UHGV virus genome: UHGV-1749175
Direction: 5' to 3' (one strand)
Length of the DNA stretch: 10,635 bases
From: a virus
Below, in pieces: positions 1 to 8,044 of the stretch (the stretch's first letter is position 1; each line of letters starts with the position of its first letter). The notes below the pieces were generated by a model, which made no database searches, was not told the origin of the DNA, and saw only the letters and a list, made by a program, of their open reading frames with translations. Both the position numbers and the translations under genes were made by a program.

Positions 1-20
1 AAAAGCTGGTGGGGTAGTAA

Positions 21-413
21 ATGAAGCTGAGATCTAAGCTGGTTATTGTTGCCTTCGTTGTTACCGTCATTGGTTCCTTCATCTGGTCTGCCGGGCATTA
101 CTACAGCAAATATCAGCACGAAAAGGAGCGTGCTGATGAGGCTGTACGAAATGCTGAATCAGCAACTGCCATTACCCGTAACGTTCTGCAATCACTGCAA
201 ATCGTCAATACAGTTCTGGAGGCTAACCAGCATGCAAAACAGCAGATCGCACTGGAGTCACAGAGAACCCAGGAAGATATCAAAGTGGCTGTTGCGGATG
301 ATGATTGTGCTGTTCGTTTTGTGCCTTCTGGCGCAGTTAAGCGGCTGCGGAAGTACGCGAACAGTTTACGTACCGATTCCGGCGGTACCGTTGCCAGCAA
401 GCCTGACTACTGA
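21..413 (+). CDS. Rz: Rz-like i-spanin (inner-membrane spanin, lysis)
   Basis: ATG at 21 preceded by a G-rich SD-like stretch (8-14). N-terminal hydrophobic helix (LVIVAFVVTVIGSFIW) followed by a charged, Q/E/A-rich helical periplasmic domain. A +1-frame lipoprotein gene (Rz1) starts inside it. Stop TGA 411-413. Confidence 0.75.
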   Translation: MKLRSKLVIVAFVVTVIGSFIWSAGHYYSKYQHEKERADEAVRNAESATAITRNVLQSLQIVNTVLEANQHAKQQIALESQRTQEDIKVAVADDDCAVRFVPSGAVKRLRKYANSLRTDSGGTVASKPDY

Positions 414-570
414 AACTCCCCAGCCAGTCATTCCCGAGCCGCTGACCTATGGGGCCAGTCTGGATCTGAATGTGAGCCTGCTTTCGGCGTTGGGACAATG
501 CAATATTGACAAAGCGGGGATTCGAAGTATCGAGATGCGCCGTAACGCTTTGCTGGCAGCAGTCAAATAG
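298..570 (+). CDS. Rz1: Rz1-like o-spanin (outer-membrane lipoprotein, lysis)
   Basis: Tandem ATGs at 298 and 301 in the +1 frame relative to Rz. Lipoprotein signal MMIVLFVLCLLAQLSGC with lipobox LSGC, then a proline-rich mature region (PIPAVPLPASLTTETPQPVIPEPL). Starts inside Rz and runs past the Rz stop, i.e. the overlapped (P2 LysB/LysC-like) arrangement. Only the 298..570 part of track ORF 46..570 is credible. Stop TAG 568-570. Confidence 0.75.
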   Translation: MMIVLFVLCLLAQLSGCGSTRTVYVPIPAVPLPASLTTETPQPVIPEPLTYGASLDLNVSLLSALGQCNIDKAGIRSIEMRRNALLAAVK

Positions 571-596
571 TCCGGATAAAGAACAGGAATATATTT

Positions 597-947
597 ATGC
601 CCCCTCGAACTCCAAAAGCCTGCCGCGTTCGCGGCTGCCGTAATACCACGACAGACCCGTCAGGCTACTGCGAAAGCCACAAAAGCGAAGGCTGGAAGCA
701 ATACAAGCCAGGACAATCCCGTCATCAGCGCGGTTATGGTTCGAAGTGGGATGTTATCCGCGTGCGTGTGTTGAAGCGTGACAAAGGACTGTGCCAGTTG
801 TGCCTGCGTGCCGGTGTGGTGCGTGAAGCGAAAACCGTTGATCACATCATCCCTAAAGCGCATGGCGGCTCTGATGCCGACAGTAATCTGCAGAGCCTGT
901 GCTGGCCGTGTCATAAGGCGAAGACGGCCCGTGAACGGTTGAAGTGA
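597..947 (+). CDS. HNH endonuclease (phage packaging-associated)
   Basis: 116 aa with two CxxC pairs (CQLC, CWPC) and an HNH core (DHIIPKAHGG ... NLQSLCWPCHKAK). AGGA about 8 nt upstream of ATG 597. Sits immediately upstream of the terminase genes, as is typical for HK97-like cos phages. Confidence 0.85.
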   Translation: MPPRTPKACRVRGCRNTTTDPSGYCESHKSEGWKQYKPGQSRHQRGYGSKWDVIRVRVLKRDKGLCQLCLRAGVVREAKTVDHIIPKAHGGSDADSNLQSLCWPCHKAKTARERLK

Positions 948-973
948 TAATAATTCTCAACTGCCTGAGGGGA

Positions 974-1033
974 GGGGCGGGTCAAATCCCTGCGGCCTGA
1001 CGTCTTCCGGACTGCCCGCCCCATCGTTTTTTT
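974..1033 (+). terminator. GC-rich hairpin followed by a T7 run in the HNH-terminase intergenic region: candidate intrinsic terminator or cos-associated structure
   Basis: GGGGCGGG (974-981) is the perfect reverse complement of CCCGCCCC (1015-1022), followed by ATCG and TTTTTTT (1027-1033). The loop is long (about 33 nt) and the T-run is 4 nt from the stem, so this is not a textbook terminator. In HK97-like phages the cos site lies between the HNH gene and the small terminase gene. Confidence 0.35.
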
Positions 1034-1072
1034 ATACCCGCGAAAAATGAAATTTAACCAGGAGTGCCGCAT

Positions 1073-1567
1073 ATGGCTGGAACGGCGGGGCGTTCCGGGC
1101 GTCGCCCCAAGCCAACGGCGCGCAAGGCGCTGGCCGGAAACCCCGGCAAGCGAGCCCTGAATAAAGATGAACCTGTTTTTACGCCCATCAAAGGTGTTGA
1201 GCCACCGGAGTGGTTCGCTGAAGAAGATCTCCCTCTCGCCACGATCATGTGGCAACTGACAACCAAAGAACTCTGCGGTCAGGGCCTGCTGTGCGTGACT
1301 GACCTGGCGGTACTTGAGCGGTGGTGCGTGGCCTATGAGTTCTGGCGACGTGCCGTGAAAAATATTGCCAGACAGGGCAACACCATCACCGGTGCAATGG
1401 GCGGCATGGTCAAAAATCCGGAGCTGACCGCCAAAAAAGAACAGGAGTCCGAGATGAGCAGCACGGGGGCAATGCTCGGACTCGACCCCAGCAGCCGCCA
1501 GCGTCTGATTGGCCTGGCGGGGAAGAAGAAAGCCACTAACCCGTTTCTGAAAATCATCGAATCATGA
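1073..1567 (+). CDS. Terminase small subunit, P27 family
   Basis: N-terminal [27 protein letters not shown] is the characteristic P27-family small-terminase opening. AGGAG at 1060-1064 sits 8 nt before ATG 1073; the track start at 1064 is a GTG inside that SD and is less likely. Stop TGA 1565-1567 overlaps the start of the large subunit (ATGA). Confidence 0.85.
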   Translation: MAGTAGRSGRRPKPTARKALAGNPGKRALNKDEPVFTPIKGVEPPEWFAEEDLPLATIMWQLTTKELCGQGLLCVTDLAVLERWCVAYEFWRRAVKNIARQGNTITGAMGGMVKNPELTAKKEQESEMSSTGAMLGLDPSSRQRLIGLAGKKKATNPFLKIIES

Positions 1568-3297
1568 GCCGGAAATCTTACCCCAACGTAAATGCTGCCA
1601 ATCAGTATGCCCGTGATGTCGTGCGGGGAAAGATTGTGGCCTGCCAGTTTGTGATTCAGGCCTGCCAGCGCCATCTTGATGACCTGATGGCGGAAAAAAG
1701 TAAGTCGTTTCGTTACCGCTTCGACAAGGACCTGGCTGAACGGGCCGCCAAATTTATTCAGCTGTTGCCGCATACCAAGGGTGAGTGGGCATTTAAACGG
1801 ATGCCCATCACGCTGGAGCCGTGGCAGCTCTTTGTGATCTGCTGTGCGTTTGGCTGGGTCAATAAAGGCACCCGGTTGCGCCGCTTCCGGGAGGTGTATA
1901 CCGAAATTCCCCGTAAGAACGGCAAATCGGCAATCTCTGCCGGTGTTGCCCTGTATTGTTTTGCCTGTGATAACGAGTTCGGTGCGGAAGTGTATTCCGG
2001 TGCCACGACGGAGAAACAGGCATGGGAAGTCTTTCGTCCGGCACGACTGATGTGTAAACGCACACCCATGCTGACGGAAGCGTTCGGGATTGAGGTTAAC
2101 GCCTCAAACATGAACCGTCCGGAGGATGGTGCGCGGTTTGAACCGCTGATCGGTAACCCCGGTGATGGTTCATCACCCCACTGTGCCGTGGTGGATGAAT
2201 ATCACGAGCACGCCACCGATGCGCTTTACACCACGATGCTTACCGGGATGGGGGCGCGACGCCAGCCACTGATGTGGGCCATTACCACCGCCGGGTACAA
2301 CATTGAGGGGCCGTGCTACGACAAACGGCGGGAAGTCATCGAGATGCTCAACGGCTCGGTGCCCAACGATGAACTGTTCGGGATCATCTATACCGTTGAC
2401 GAAGGCGACGACTGGACCGACCCGCAGGTACTTGAAAAAGCTAACCCGAATATCGGTGTGTCGGTTTATCGCGAGTTTTTGTTAAGCCAGCAGCAACGTG
2501 CGAAAAATAACGCCCGTCTGGCAAACGTCTTTAAAACAAAACACCTCAATATCTGGGTGTCGGCGCGTTCGGCGTATTTCAACCTGGTGAGCTGGCAGAG
2601 CTGCGAGGATAAATCACTGACTCTTGAGCAGTTCGAGGGGCAGCCGTGCATTCTGGCCTTTGACCTGGCGCGTAAGCTGGATATGAACAGCATGGCGCGA
2701 CTTTATACCCGCGAGATTGACGGTAAAACGCATTACTACAGTGTGGCCCCGCGTTTCTGGGTACCGTATGACACGGTGTACAGCGTCGAGAAAAATGAAG
2801 ATCGCCGGACAGCCGAACGCTTTCAGAAATGGGTGGAAATGGGCGTTCTGACCGTTACCGATGGTGCAGAGGTGGATTATCGCTACATCCTCGAAGAGGC
2901 CAAAGCGGCGAACAAAATCAGCCCGGTCAGTGAGTCACCCATCGACCCTTTCGGAGCGACCGGGCTGTCACATGACCTTGCTGATGAAGACCTGAATCCC
3001 GTTACTATCGTCCAGAACTTCGCCAATATGTCCGACCCGATGAAAGAGCTGGAGGCAGCGATTGAATCGGGACGCTTTCATCATGACGGCAATCCCATCA
3101 TGACCTGGTGTATCGGCAACGTGGTCGGCAAAAACATGCCAGGTAACGATGATTTAGTGAAGCCCGTCAAAGAGCAGGCGGAAAACAAAATTGACGGTGC
3201 AGTTGCGCTGATTATGGCGGTTGGCAGAGCCATGCTGTATGAGAAAGAAGACACGCTGTCTGACCACATTGAGTCCTACGGGATCCGCTCGCTTTAA
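1564..3297 (+). CDS. Terminase large subunit (ATPase/nuclease)
   Basis: 577 aa. Start coupled to the small-subunit stop by an ATGA overlap. Walker-A-like RKNGKS near the N-terminus and acidic nuclease-domain-like stretches (VVDEYHE, DLARKLD). Size and position fit an HK97-type large terminase. Confidence 0.9.
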   Translation: MSRKSYPNVNAANQYARDVVRGKIVACQFVIQACQRHLDDLMAEKSKSFRYRFDKDLAERAAKFIQLLPHTKGEWAFKRMPITLEPWQLFVICCAFGWVNKGTRLRRFREVYTEIPRKNGKSAISAGVALYCFACDNEFGAEVYSGATTEKQAWEVFRPARLMCKRTPMLTEAFGIEVNASNMNRPEDGARFEPLIGNPGDGSSPHCAVVDEYHEHATDALYTTMLTGMGARRQPLMWAITTAGYNIEGPCYDKRREVIEMLNGSVPNDELFGIIYTVDEGDDWTDPQVLEKANPNIGVSVYREFLLSQQQRAKNNARLANVFKTKHLNIWVSARSAYFNLVSWQSCEDKSLTLEQFEGQPCILAFDLARKLDMNSMARLYTREIDGKTHYYSVAPRFWVPYDTVYSVEKNEDRRTAERFQKWVEMGVLTVTDGAEVDYRYILEEAKAANKISPVSESPIDPFGATGLSHDLADEDLNPVTIVQNFANMSDPMKELEAAIESGRFHHDGNPIMTWCIGNVVGKNMPGNDDLVKPVKEQAENKIDGAVALIMAVGRAMLYEKEDTLSDHIESYGIRSL

Positions 3298-3308
3298 CTG
3301 AGGTAATT

Positions 3309-3491
3309 ATGATCATGCTGATTCTCGCGCCTCTGGTGGGCGTGCTGGGGGCGCTTTTGCTGGCGTATGGTGCCTGGCTGATTTATCCCCCGGCGGGGTT
3401 TGTTGTTGCCGGGGCGTTGTGTCTGTTCTGGTCGTGGCTGGTGGCGCGATATCTCGACCGTACACAGCTGTCTGTCGGCGGAGGTAAATAG
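3309..3491 (+). CDS. Small hypothetical membrane protein (60 aa, two predicted TM helices)
   Basis: Starts 11 nt after the large-terminase stop; GAGG 5 nt upstream of ATG 3309. Two hydrophobic segments ([23 protein letters not shown] and [17 protein letters not shown]). Stop TAG 3489-3491 overlaps the portal GTG start by 1 nt. No family recognised. Confidence 0.45.
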   Translation: MIMLILAPLVGVLGALLLAYGAWLIYPPAGFVVAGALCLFWSWLVARYLDRTQLSVGGGK

Positions 3492-4732
3492 TGTTCTTTT
3501 CGGGATTATTTCAACGAAAAAGTGACGCGCCGGTGACCACCCCAGCAGAGCTGGCGGATGCTATAGGGCTGTCATATGACACCTATACCGGAAAGCAGAT
3601 CAGCAGCCAGCGGGCCATGCGACTGACGGCGGTTTTTTCCTGCGTCAGGGTGCTGGCAGAGTCGGTCGGGATGTTGCCCTGCAATCTGTATCACCTGAAC
3701 GGCAGCCTGAAACAGAGAGCCACCGGCGAACGTCTGCATAAGCTGATCTCCACGCATCCCAATAGCTATATGACGCCGCAGGAGTTCTGGGAGCTGGTGG
3801 TCACCTGTCTGTGCCTGCGGGGAAACTTTTACGCCTACAAAGTGAAAGCATTTGGCGAAGTGGCTGAACTGCTGCCCGTCGATCCTGGCTGTGTGGTACC
3901 GAAGCTTAACAGTAGCTGGGAGCCGGTCTATCAGGTCACATTCCCGGACGGCTCCACGGATGTGCTGACCCAGGAGGATATCTGGCATGTGCGCACGCTG
4001 ACGCTGGACGGTCTGGTGGGGCTGAATCCCATCGCCTATGCCCGCGAGGCAATATCGCTGGCAGCTGCGACCGAAGAGCACGGGGCCAGACTGTTCAGCA
4101 ATGGTGCGGTGACGTCGGGTGTGTTGCGTACAGAGCAGACGCTGTCAGATCAGGCTTACGAGCGCCTGAAGAAAGATTTTGAGGAGCGTCACACCGGGCT
4201 TGGTAATGCTCACCGCCCGATGATCCTTGAGATGGGGCTGGACTGGAAGTCGATGGCGCTGAACGCCGAGGACAGCCAGTTCCTGGAAACCCGCAAGTTT
4301 CAGCTTGAAGAAATTTGTCGTCTGTTCCGTGTGCCATTGCACATGGTGCAGAACACCGATCGCGCCACCTTCAACAATATCGAAGAGCTGGGGCTCGGAT
4401 TTATCAACTATTCACTGGTGCCGTATCTGACCCGCATTGAGCAGCGGATCAACACCGGACTGGTACGAAAAAGTAAGCAGGGTGTTTATTACGCCAAATT
4501 TAACGCCGGGGCGTTACTGCGCGGGGATATGAAGTCCCGTTTTGAAGCCTACGCCACCGGGATTAACTGGGGAATTTACTCTCCCAATGACTGCCGCGAC
4601 CTGGAAGATATGAATCCGCGTCCCGGTGGTGATGTCTATCTCACACCGATGAACATGACCACGAAACCCTCCGATGGCAGTAAAGCCGGTAAGCAGAAGG
4701 ATAACGCCAATGCAGACGAAACAACGTCTTGA
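3491..4732 (+). CDS. Portal protein, HK97 family
   Basis: 413 aa. GTG start at 3491 with GGAGG at 3480-3484, 6 nt upstream. Size, composition and position (after terminase, before prohead protease) are typical of HK97-type portals. Confidence 0.85.
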   Translation: MFFSGLFQRKSDAPVTTPAELADAIGLSYDTYTGKQISSQRAMRLTAVFSCVRVLAESVGMLPCNLYHLNGSLKQRATGERLHKLISTHPNSYMTPQEFWELVVTCLCLRGNFYAYKVKAFGEVAELLPVDPGCVVPKLNSSWEPVYQVTFPDGSTDVLTQEDIWHVRTLTLDGLVGLNPIAYAREAISLAAATEEHGARLFSNGAVTSGVLRTEQTLSDQAYERLKKDFEERHTGLGNAHRPMILEMGLDWKSMALNAEDSQFLETRKFQLEEICRLFRVPLHMVQNTDRATFNNIEELGLGFINYSLVPYLTRIEQRINTGLVRKSKQGVYYAKFNAGALLRGDMKSRFEAYATGINWGIYSPNDCRDLEDMNPRPGGDVYLTPMNMTTKPSDGSKAGKQKDNANADETTS

Positions 4733-5360
4733 TGTACCGCTGAGTCTGAAATCTGTCAGTGACTCCGGTGAGTTTGAAGGATATGGCTCCGTCTTTGGTG
4801 TAAAGGACAGTCACGATGATGTGGTGATGTCCGGGGCATTTGCTGCGTCCCTGCGGGCGTGGAGTGACAGAAAAGCGTTACCTGCGCTGCTCTGGCAGCA
4901 CCGCATGGATGAGCCCATCGGTGTTTACACCGAAATGAAGGAAGACGATGTCGGGCTTTACGTCAGAGGGCGGTTGCTCATTGATGATGATCCCCTCGCA
5001 AAACGCGCACATGCACACATGAAGGCCGGTTCGTTAACCGGCCTTTCTATTGGGTACGTCCTGAAGGACTGGGAATACGACCGGACGAAAGAAGCCTTTC
5101 TGCTGAAAGAAATCGACCTCTGGGAAGTCAGTCTGGTGACGTTTCCGTCTAACGACGAGGCGCGGATCAGCGACGTCAAGAACGCGCTGGCCCGCGGGGA
5201 AATCCCCGAACAGAAAAAAATCGAAAGAGTCCTGCGTGATGTCGGACTCTCCCGTACCCAGGCCAAAGCATTCATGGCCGGGGGCTATAGCGCACTGTCC
5301 CTGCGCGACGCTGAGGATGTGGGCTCTGCACTGAATGCACTGAAAAATCTGAACTTCTAA
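4710..5360 (+). CDS. Prohead maturation protease, HK97 family (S78-like)
   Basis: GAAGGA at 4696-4701 is followed 8 nt later by ATG 4710. The in-frame ATG at 4674 (track start) has no SD and lies deeper inside the portal gene. Translation contains GEFEGYGSVFGV-DSHDDVV-SGAF, reminiscent of HK97-type prohead protease N-termini. Overlaps the portal 3' end by 23 nt. Confidence 0.8.
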   Translation: MQTKQRLDVPLSLKSVSDSGEFEGYGSVFGVKDSHDDVVMSGAFAASLRAWSDRKALPALLWQHRMDEPIGVYTEMKEDDVGLYVRGRLLIDDDPLAKRAHAHMKAGSLTGLSIGYVLKDWEYDRTKEAFLLKEIDLWEVSLVTFPSNDEARISDVKNALARGEIPEQKKIERVLRDVGLSRTQAKAFMAGGYSALSLRDAEDVGSALNALKNLNF

Positions 5361-5374
5361 TCAGGAGAAATACG

Positions 5375-6580
5375 ATGGCGGTTGATATTAAAGATGTCGA
5401 ACAGGTCGCGCAGGAGCTACAGCAGAAGTTTGACGACTTCAAAGCAAAGAACGACAAGCGCGTGGATGCGATTGAGCAGGAAAAAGGCAAGCTTGCCGGG
5501 CAGGTGGAAACCCTGAACGGGAAACTCAGCGAGCTGGAAAATCTCAAAAGCGATCTTGAAAAAGAGCTGCTTGAGCTGAAACGTCCGGCAGGTGGCGCGC
5601 AAAATAAACTGGCCACCGAGCATAAAGAAGCGTTTGTGGGCTTTTTGCGTAAAGGCCGTGAAGATGGTCTGCGCGATCTGGAGCGTAAGGCATTGCAGGT
5701 GGGTACCGATGAAGACGGTGGCTACGCCGTGCCGGAAGAACTGGATCGCAACATTCTTAACCTGCTGAAAGATGAAGTGGTGATGCGTCAGGAAGCCACG
5801 GTGATCACCGTTGGCGGTTCCGACTACAAAAAACTGGTGAATCTTGGCGGCACGGCTTCCGGATGGGTGGGGGAAACGGATACGCGATCCCAGACTGCCA
5901 CCTCCAGACTGGAGCTGATTGAACCTCTCATGGGGGAAATCTACGGCAACCCGCAGGCTACCCAGAAAATGCTGGACGATGCCTTCTTCAACGTGGAGGC
6001 CTGGATCAACAGCGAGCTGGCAACCGAATTTGCCGAACAGGAAGAAATTGCCTTTACCTCAGGCGATGGCACCAAGAAGCCGAAAGGGTTCCTGGCGTAT
6101 GAATCCACTGATGAAACCGACAAGGTCCGGGCGTTCGGCAAACTTCAGCATATTGTATCCGGCGAAGCGACTGCGGTGACCGCAGACGCCATTATCAAAC
6201 TGATTTACACGCTGCGTAAGGCACACCGCACTGGCGCGAAGTTCATGATGAACAACAACAGCCTGTTTGCCATCCGTCTGCTGAAAGACAGCGAGGGTAA
6301 CTATCTGTGGCGTCCGGGGCTGGAGCTGGGGCAGCCGTCCTCTCTGGCGGGTTACGGTATCGCTGAAAACGAACAGATGCCGGATATCGCCGCTGATGCG
6401 AAAGCCATAGCATTTGGTAACTTCAAACGGGGTTACACCATCGTTGACCGTATCGGCACCCGCATTCTGCGTGACCCGTACACCAATAAACCGTTCGTCG
6501 GTTTTTATACCACCAAGCGCACCGGCGGGATGCTGGTCGATTCGCAGGCCATCAAACTGCTGAAGATTGCAGCGGCGTAA
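5375..6580 (+). CDS. Major capsid protein, HK97 fold, with N-terminal delta (scaffold-like) domain
   Basis: AGGAG at 5362-5366 before ATG 5375. The first ~100 aa are strongly coiled-coil-like and charged (KFDDFKAKNDKRVDAIEQEKGKLAGQVETLNGKLSELENLKSDLEKELLELK), as in HK97 gp5 delta domains; the C-terminal ~280 aa resemble a capsid body. No separate scaffold gene is present. Confidence 0.9.
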   Translation: MAVDIKDVEQVAQELQQKFDDFKAKNDKRVDAIEQEKGKLAGQVETLNGKLSELENLKSDLEKELLELKRPAGGAQNKLATEHKEAFVGFLRKGREDGLRDLERKALQVGTDEDGGYAVPEELDRNILNLLKDEVVMRQEATVITVGGSDYKKLVNLGGTASGWVGETDTRSQTATSRLELIEPLMGEIYGNPQATQKMLDDAFFNVEAWINSELATEFAEQEEIAFTSGDGTKKPKGFLAYESTDETDKVRAFGKLQHIVSGEATAVTADAIIKLIYTLRKAHRTGAKFMMNNNSLFAIRLLKDSEGNYLWRPGLELGQPSSLAGYGIAENEQMPDIAADAKAIAFGNFKRGYTIVDRIGTRILRDPYTNKPFVGFYTTKRTGGMLVDSQAIKLLKIAAA

Positions 6581-6587
6581 TCACTCA

Positions 6588-6616
6588 GGGGCGCGGAACC
6601 GCGCCCCCTGTTCTGA
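6588..6616 (+). terminator. GC-rich hairpin directly after the capsid gene (candidate partial terminator or mRNA-stabilising stem-loop)
   Basis: GGGGCGCGG (6588-6596) pairs with CCGCGCCCC (6599-6607) around a very short loop, followed by the T-containing stretch CTGTTCTGA. The U-tract is weak, so read-through is likely. Confidence 0.4.
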
Positions 6617-6629
6617 CGGGTGAAGAATC

Positions 6630-6830
6630 ATGATCCTGAAACAAGATCTGAAATGGTCACCGGACGGTATGCGTGTTGAGGTCATTCGGGCCGGTGAGTA
6701 TGACGACGGGGCGCTTCCTGCCCGGGTGCAGGAGATTGCACTTCAGGCCGGGTTAGCAGAGCGCGGAATCAGTGCAAAAAGCAGTAAAGCGGCAAAAGAG
6801 AAAAAAGCCACGACCAGTAAAGAGGGCTGA
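6630..6830 (+). CDS. Small hypothetical protein (66 aa, hydrophilic, Lys-rich C-terminal tail)
   Basis: ATG 6630 lies 14 nt after the hairpin. Stop TGA 6828-6830 is 2 nt before the connector gene start, and the connector SD (AGAGGG, 6821-6826) lies inside its 3' end. No family recognised. Confidence 0.45.
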   Translation: MILKQDLKWSPDGMRVEVIRAGEYDDGALPARVQEIALQAGLAERGISAKSSKAAKEKKATTSKEG

Positions 6831-6832
6831 GT

Positions 6833-7156
6833 ATGCTTCTGACAATGGAAGAGATTAAAGCCCAACTCCGGCTGGATGAGGATTTCGATACTGATGACCG
6901 CCATCTGCAACTGCTGGCATGTGCGGCACAAAAGCGGACGGAAACGTATCTGAACCGTAAGCTCTATGCACCGGATGAAACCATTCCGGACAGCGATCCG
7001 GACGGGCTGCACCTGCCGGATGATATTCGTCTGGGGATGCTGATGCTTATCAGCCATTTTTACGAAAACCGCTCGTCGGTTACGGAAGTGGAGAAACTCG
7101 ACATGCCGCAGAGTTTTGGCTGGCTTGTCGGCCCGTACAGGTACTTTCCGCAATGA
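6833..7156 (+). CDS. Head-tail connector protein (gp6-like)
   Basis: 107 aa. N-terminal EEIKAQLRLDEDFDTDD ... LLACAAQKRTETYLNRKL ... ISHFYENR matches the recognisable pattern of gp6-like head-tail connector proteins. AGAGGG SD before ATG 6833. Stop overlaps the next start (ATGA at 7153-7156). Confidence 0.75.
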   Translation: MLLTMEEIKAQLRLDEDFDTDDRHLQLLACAAQKRTETYLNRKLYAPDETIPDSDPDGLHLPDDIRLGMLMLISHFYENRSSVTEVEKLDMPQSFGWLVGPYRYFPQ

Positions 7157-7563
7157 AAATTCGTCAGGCGCAGACCAGCGCAACCTACATTCTGCCGGAC
7201 CCCGGCGAACTGAATAAACGCGTCCTGATCCGCCAGCGGGTGGATATGCCCGCGGATAACTTTGGCGTGGAGCCTCAATACCCGGTTGCGTTCCGGGCAT
7301 GGGCGAAGGTTATCCAGACCAGTGCCACCACCTGGCAGGAAACCGCGCAGACCGGGGACGCCATCACCCATTACATCACCATTCGCTACCGCCGGGGGAT
7401 CACCGCTGATTATGAGGTGGTCTGTGATGACAGTGTGTACCGGGTGAAACGTCAGCGCGATCTGAACGGGGCGCGGCGCTTTCTGCTGCTGGAGTGTACG
7501 GAACTGGGCGAATTTACGCAGAGTCACGGAGGCAGCAATGGCGACTCCCTTTTTTCACGTTGA
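7153..7563 (+). CDS. Head-tail adaptor / head closure protein (SPP1 gp16-like)
   Basis: 136 aa. Motifs THYITIRYRRGIT and RFLLLECTE resemble the conserved core of phage head-tail joining proteins. ATG coupled to the upstream stop. Confidence 0.75.
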   Translation: MKIRQAQTSATYILPDPGELNKRVLIRQRVDMPADNFGVEPQYPVAFRAWAKVIQTSATTWQETAQTGDAITHYITIRYRRGITADYEVVCDDSVYRVKRQRDLNGARRFLLLECTELGEFTQSHGGSNGDSLFSR

Positions 7564-8044
7564 TGTTCAGCAGCCCGCGGAGATGCGCTTTAACCGCGCC
7601 CGTGTCCGGCGGGCGTTTGTCACGATTGGGCAGCGTCATATGCGTGATGCCCGTCGGCTGGTGATGCGCCGTGCGCGGTCGGTACCGGGTGAAAACCCCG
7701 GTTATCAGACCGGACGCCTGGCTCGTTCGATTGGTTACATGGTGCCGAGAGCCAGTAAAAAGCGAGCCGGTTTTATGACACGCATTGCCCCTAACCAGCG
7801 CAACGGGAAGGGGAACCGGATGATCTCTGGTGACTTCTATCCGGCGTTTCTGTTTTTTGGTGTCCGGGGAGGAGCAAAACGTCGTCGTAGTCATCATCGT
7901 GGTGCATCCGGTGGCAGCGGCTGGCGGCTGGCTCCACGTAATAACTTTATGGTGGAAACGCTTGAAAAGAACCGCAGCTGGACACGCTATTTTCTGGCGC
8001 GGGAATTGCGTAAATCACTGAAGCCGGAGCGACGACACAGATGA
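7538..8044 (+). CDS. HK97 gp10-family neck/tail-completion protein
   Basis: GGAGG at 7527-7531 is 6 nt before ATG 7538. Translation contains TGRLARSIGY and YPAFLFFGVRGG, resembling the GxLRRSI and YAxFVEFGT signatures of the HK97 gp10 family. Overlaps the adaptor 3' end by 26 nt. Stop TGA 8042-8044 overlaps the next ATG (8041). Confidence 0.7.
   Translation: MATPFFHVDVQQPAEMRFNRARVRRAFVTIGQRHMRDARRLVMRRARSVPGENPGYQTGRLARSIGYMVPRASKKRAGFMTRIAPNQRNGKGNRMISGDFYPAFLFFGVRGGAKRRRSHHRGASGGSGWRLAPRNNFMVETLEKNRSWTRYFLARELRKSLKPERRHR

Noticed and set aside
46-297. 5' extension of track ORF 46..570 (174 aa)
   Set aside because: The upstream part is the +1 frame of Rz read without function. The lipoprotein signal and SPII lipobox begin at the internal ATG 298, so only 298..570 is taken as Rz1.
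974-1022. Firm call of the hairpin as cosN by similarity to the lambda cohesive end
   Set aside because: The G-rich motif only loosely resembles the lambda cos sequence as I recall it; without virion end mapping or alignment to HK97-type cos sites this stays a hypothesis, not a feature call.
1064-1072. GTG 1064 as the small-terminase start
   Set aside because: The GTG lies within the AGGAG Shine-Dalgarno sequence; the ATG at 1073 has proper spacing and gives the canonical MAG... N-terminus.
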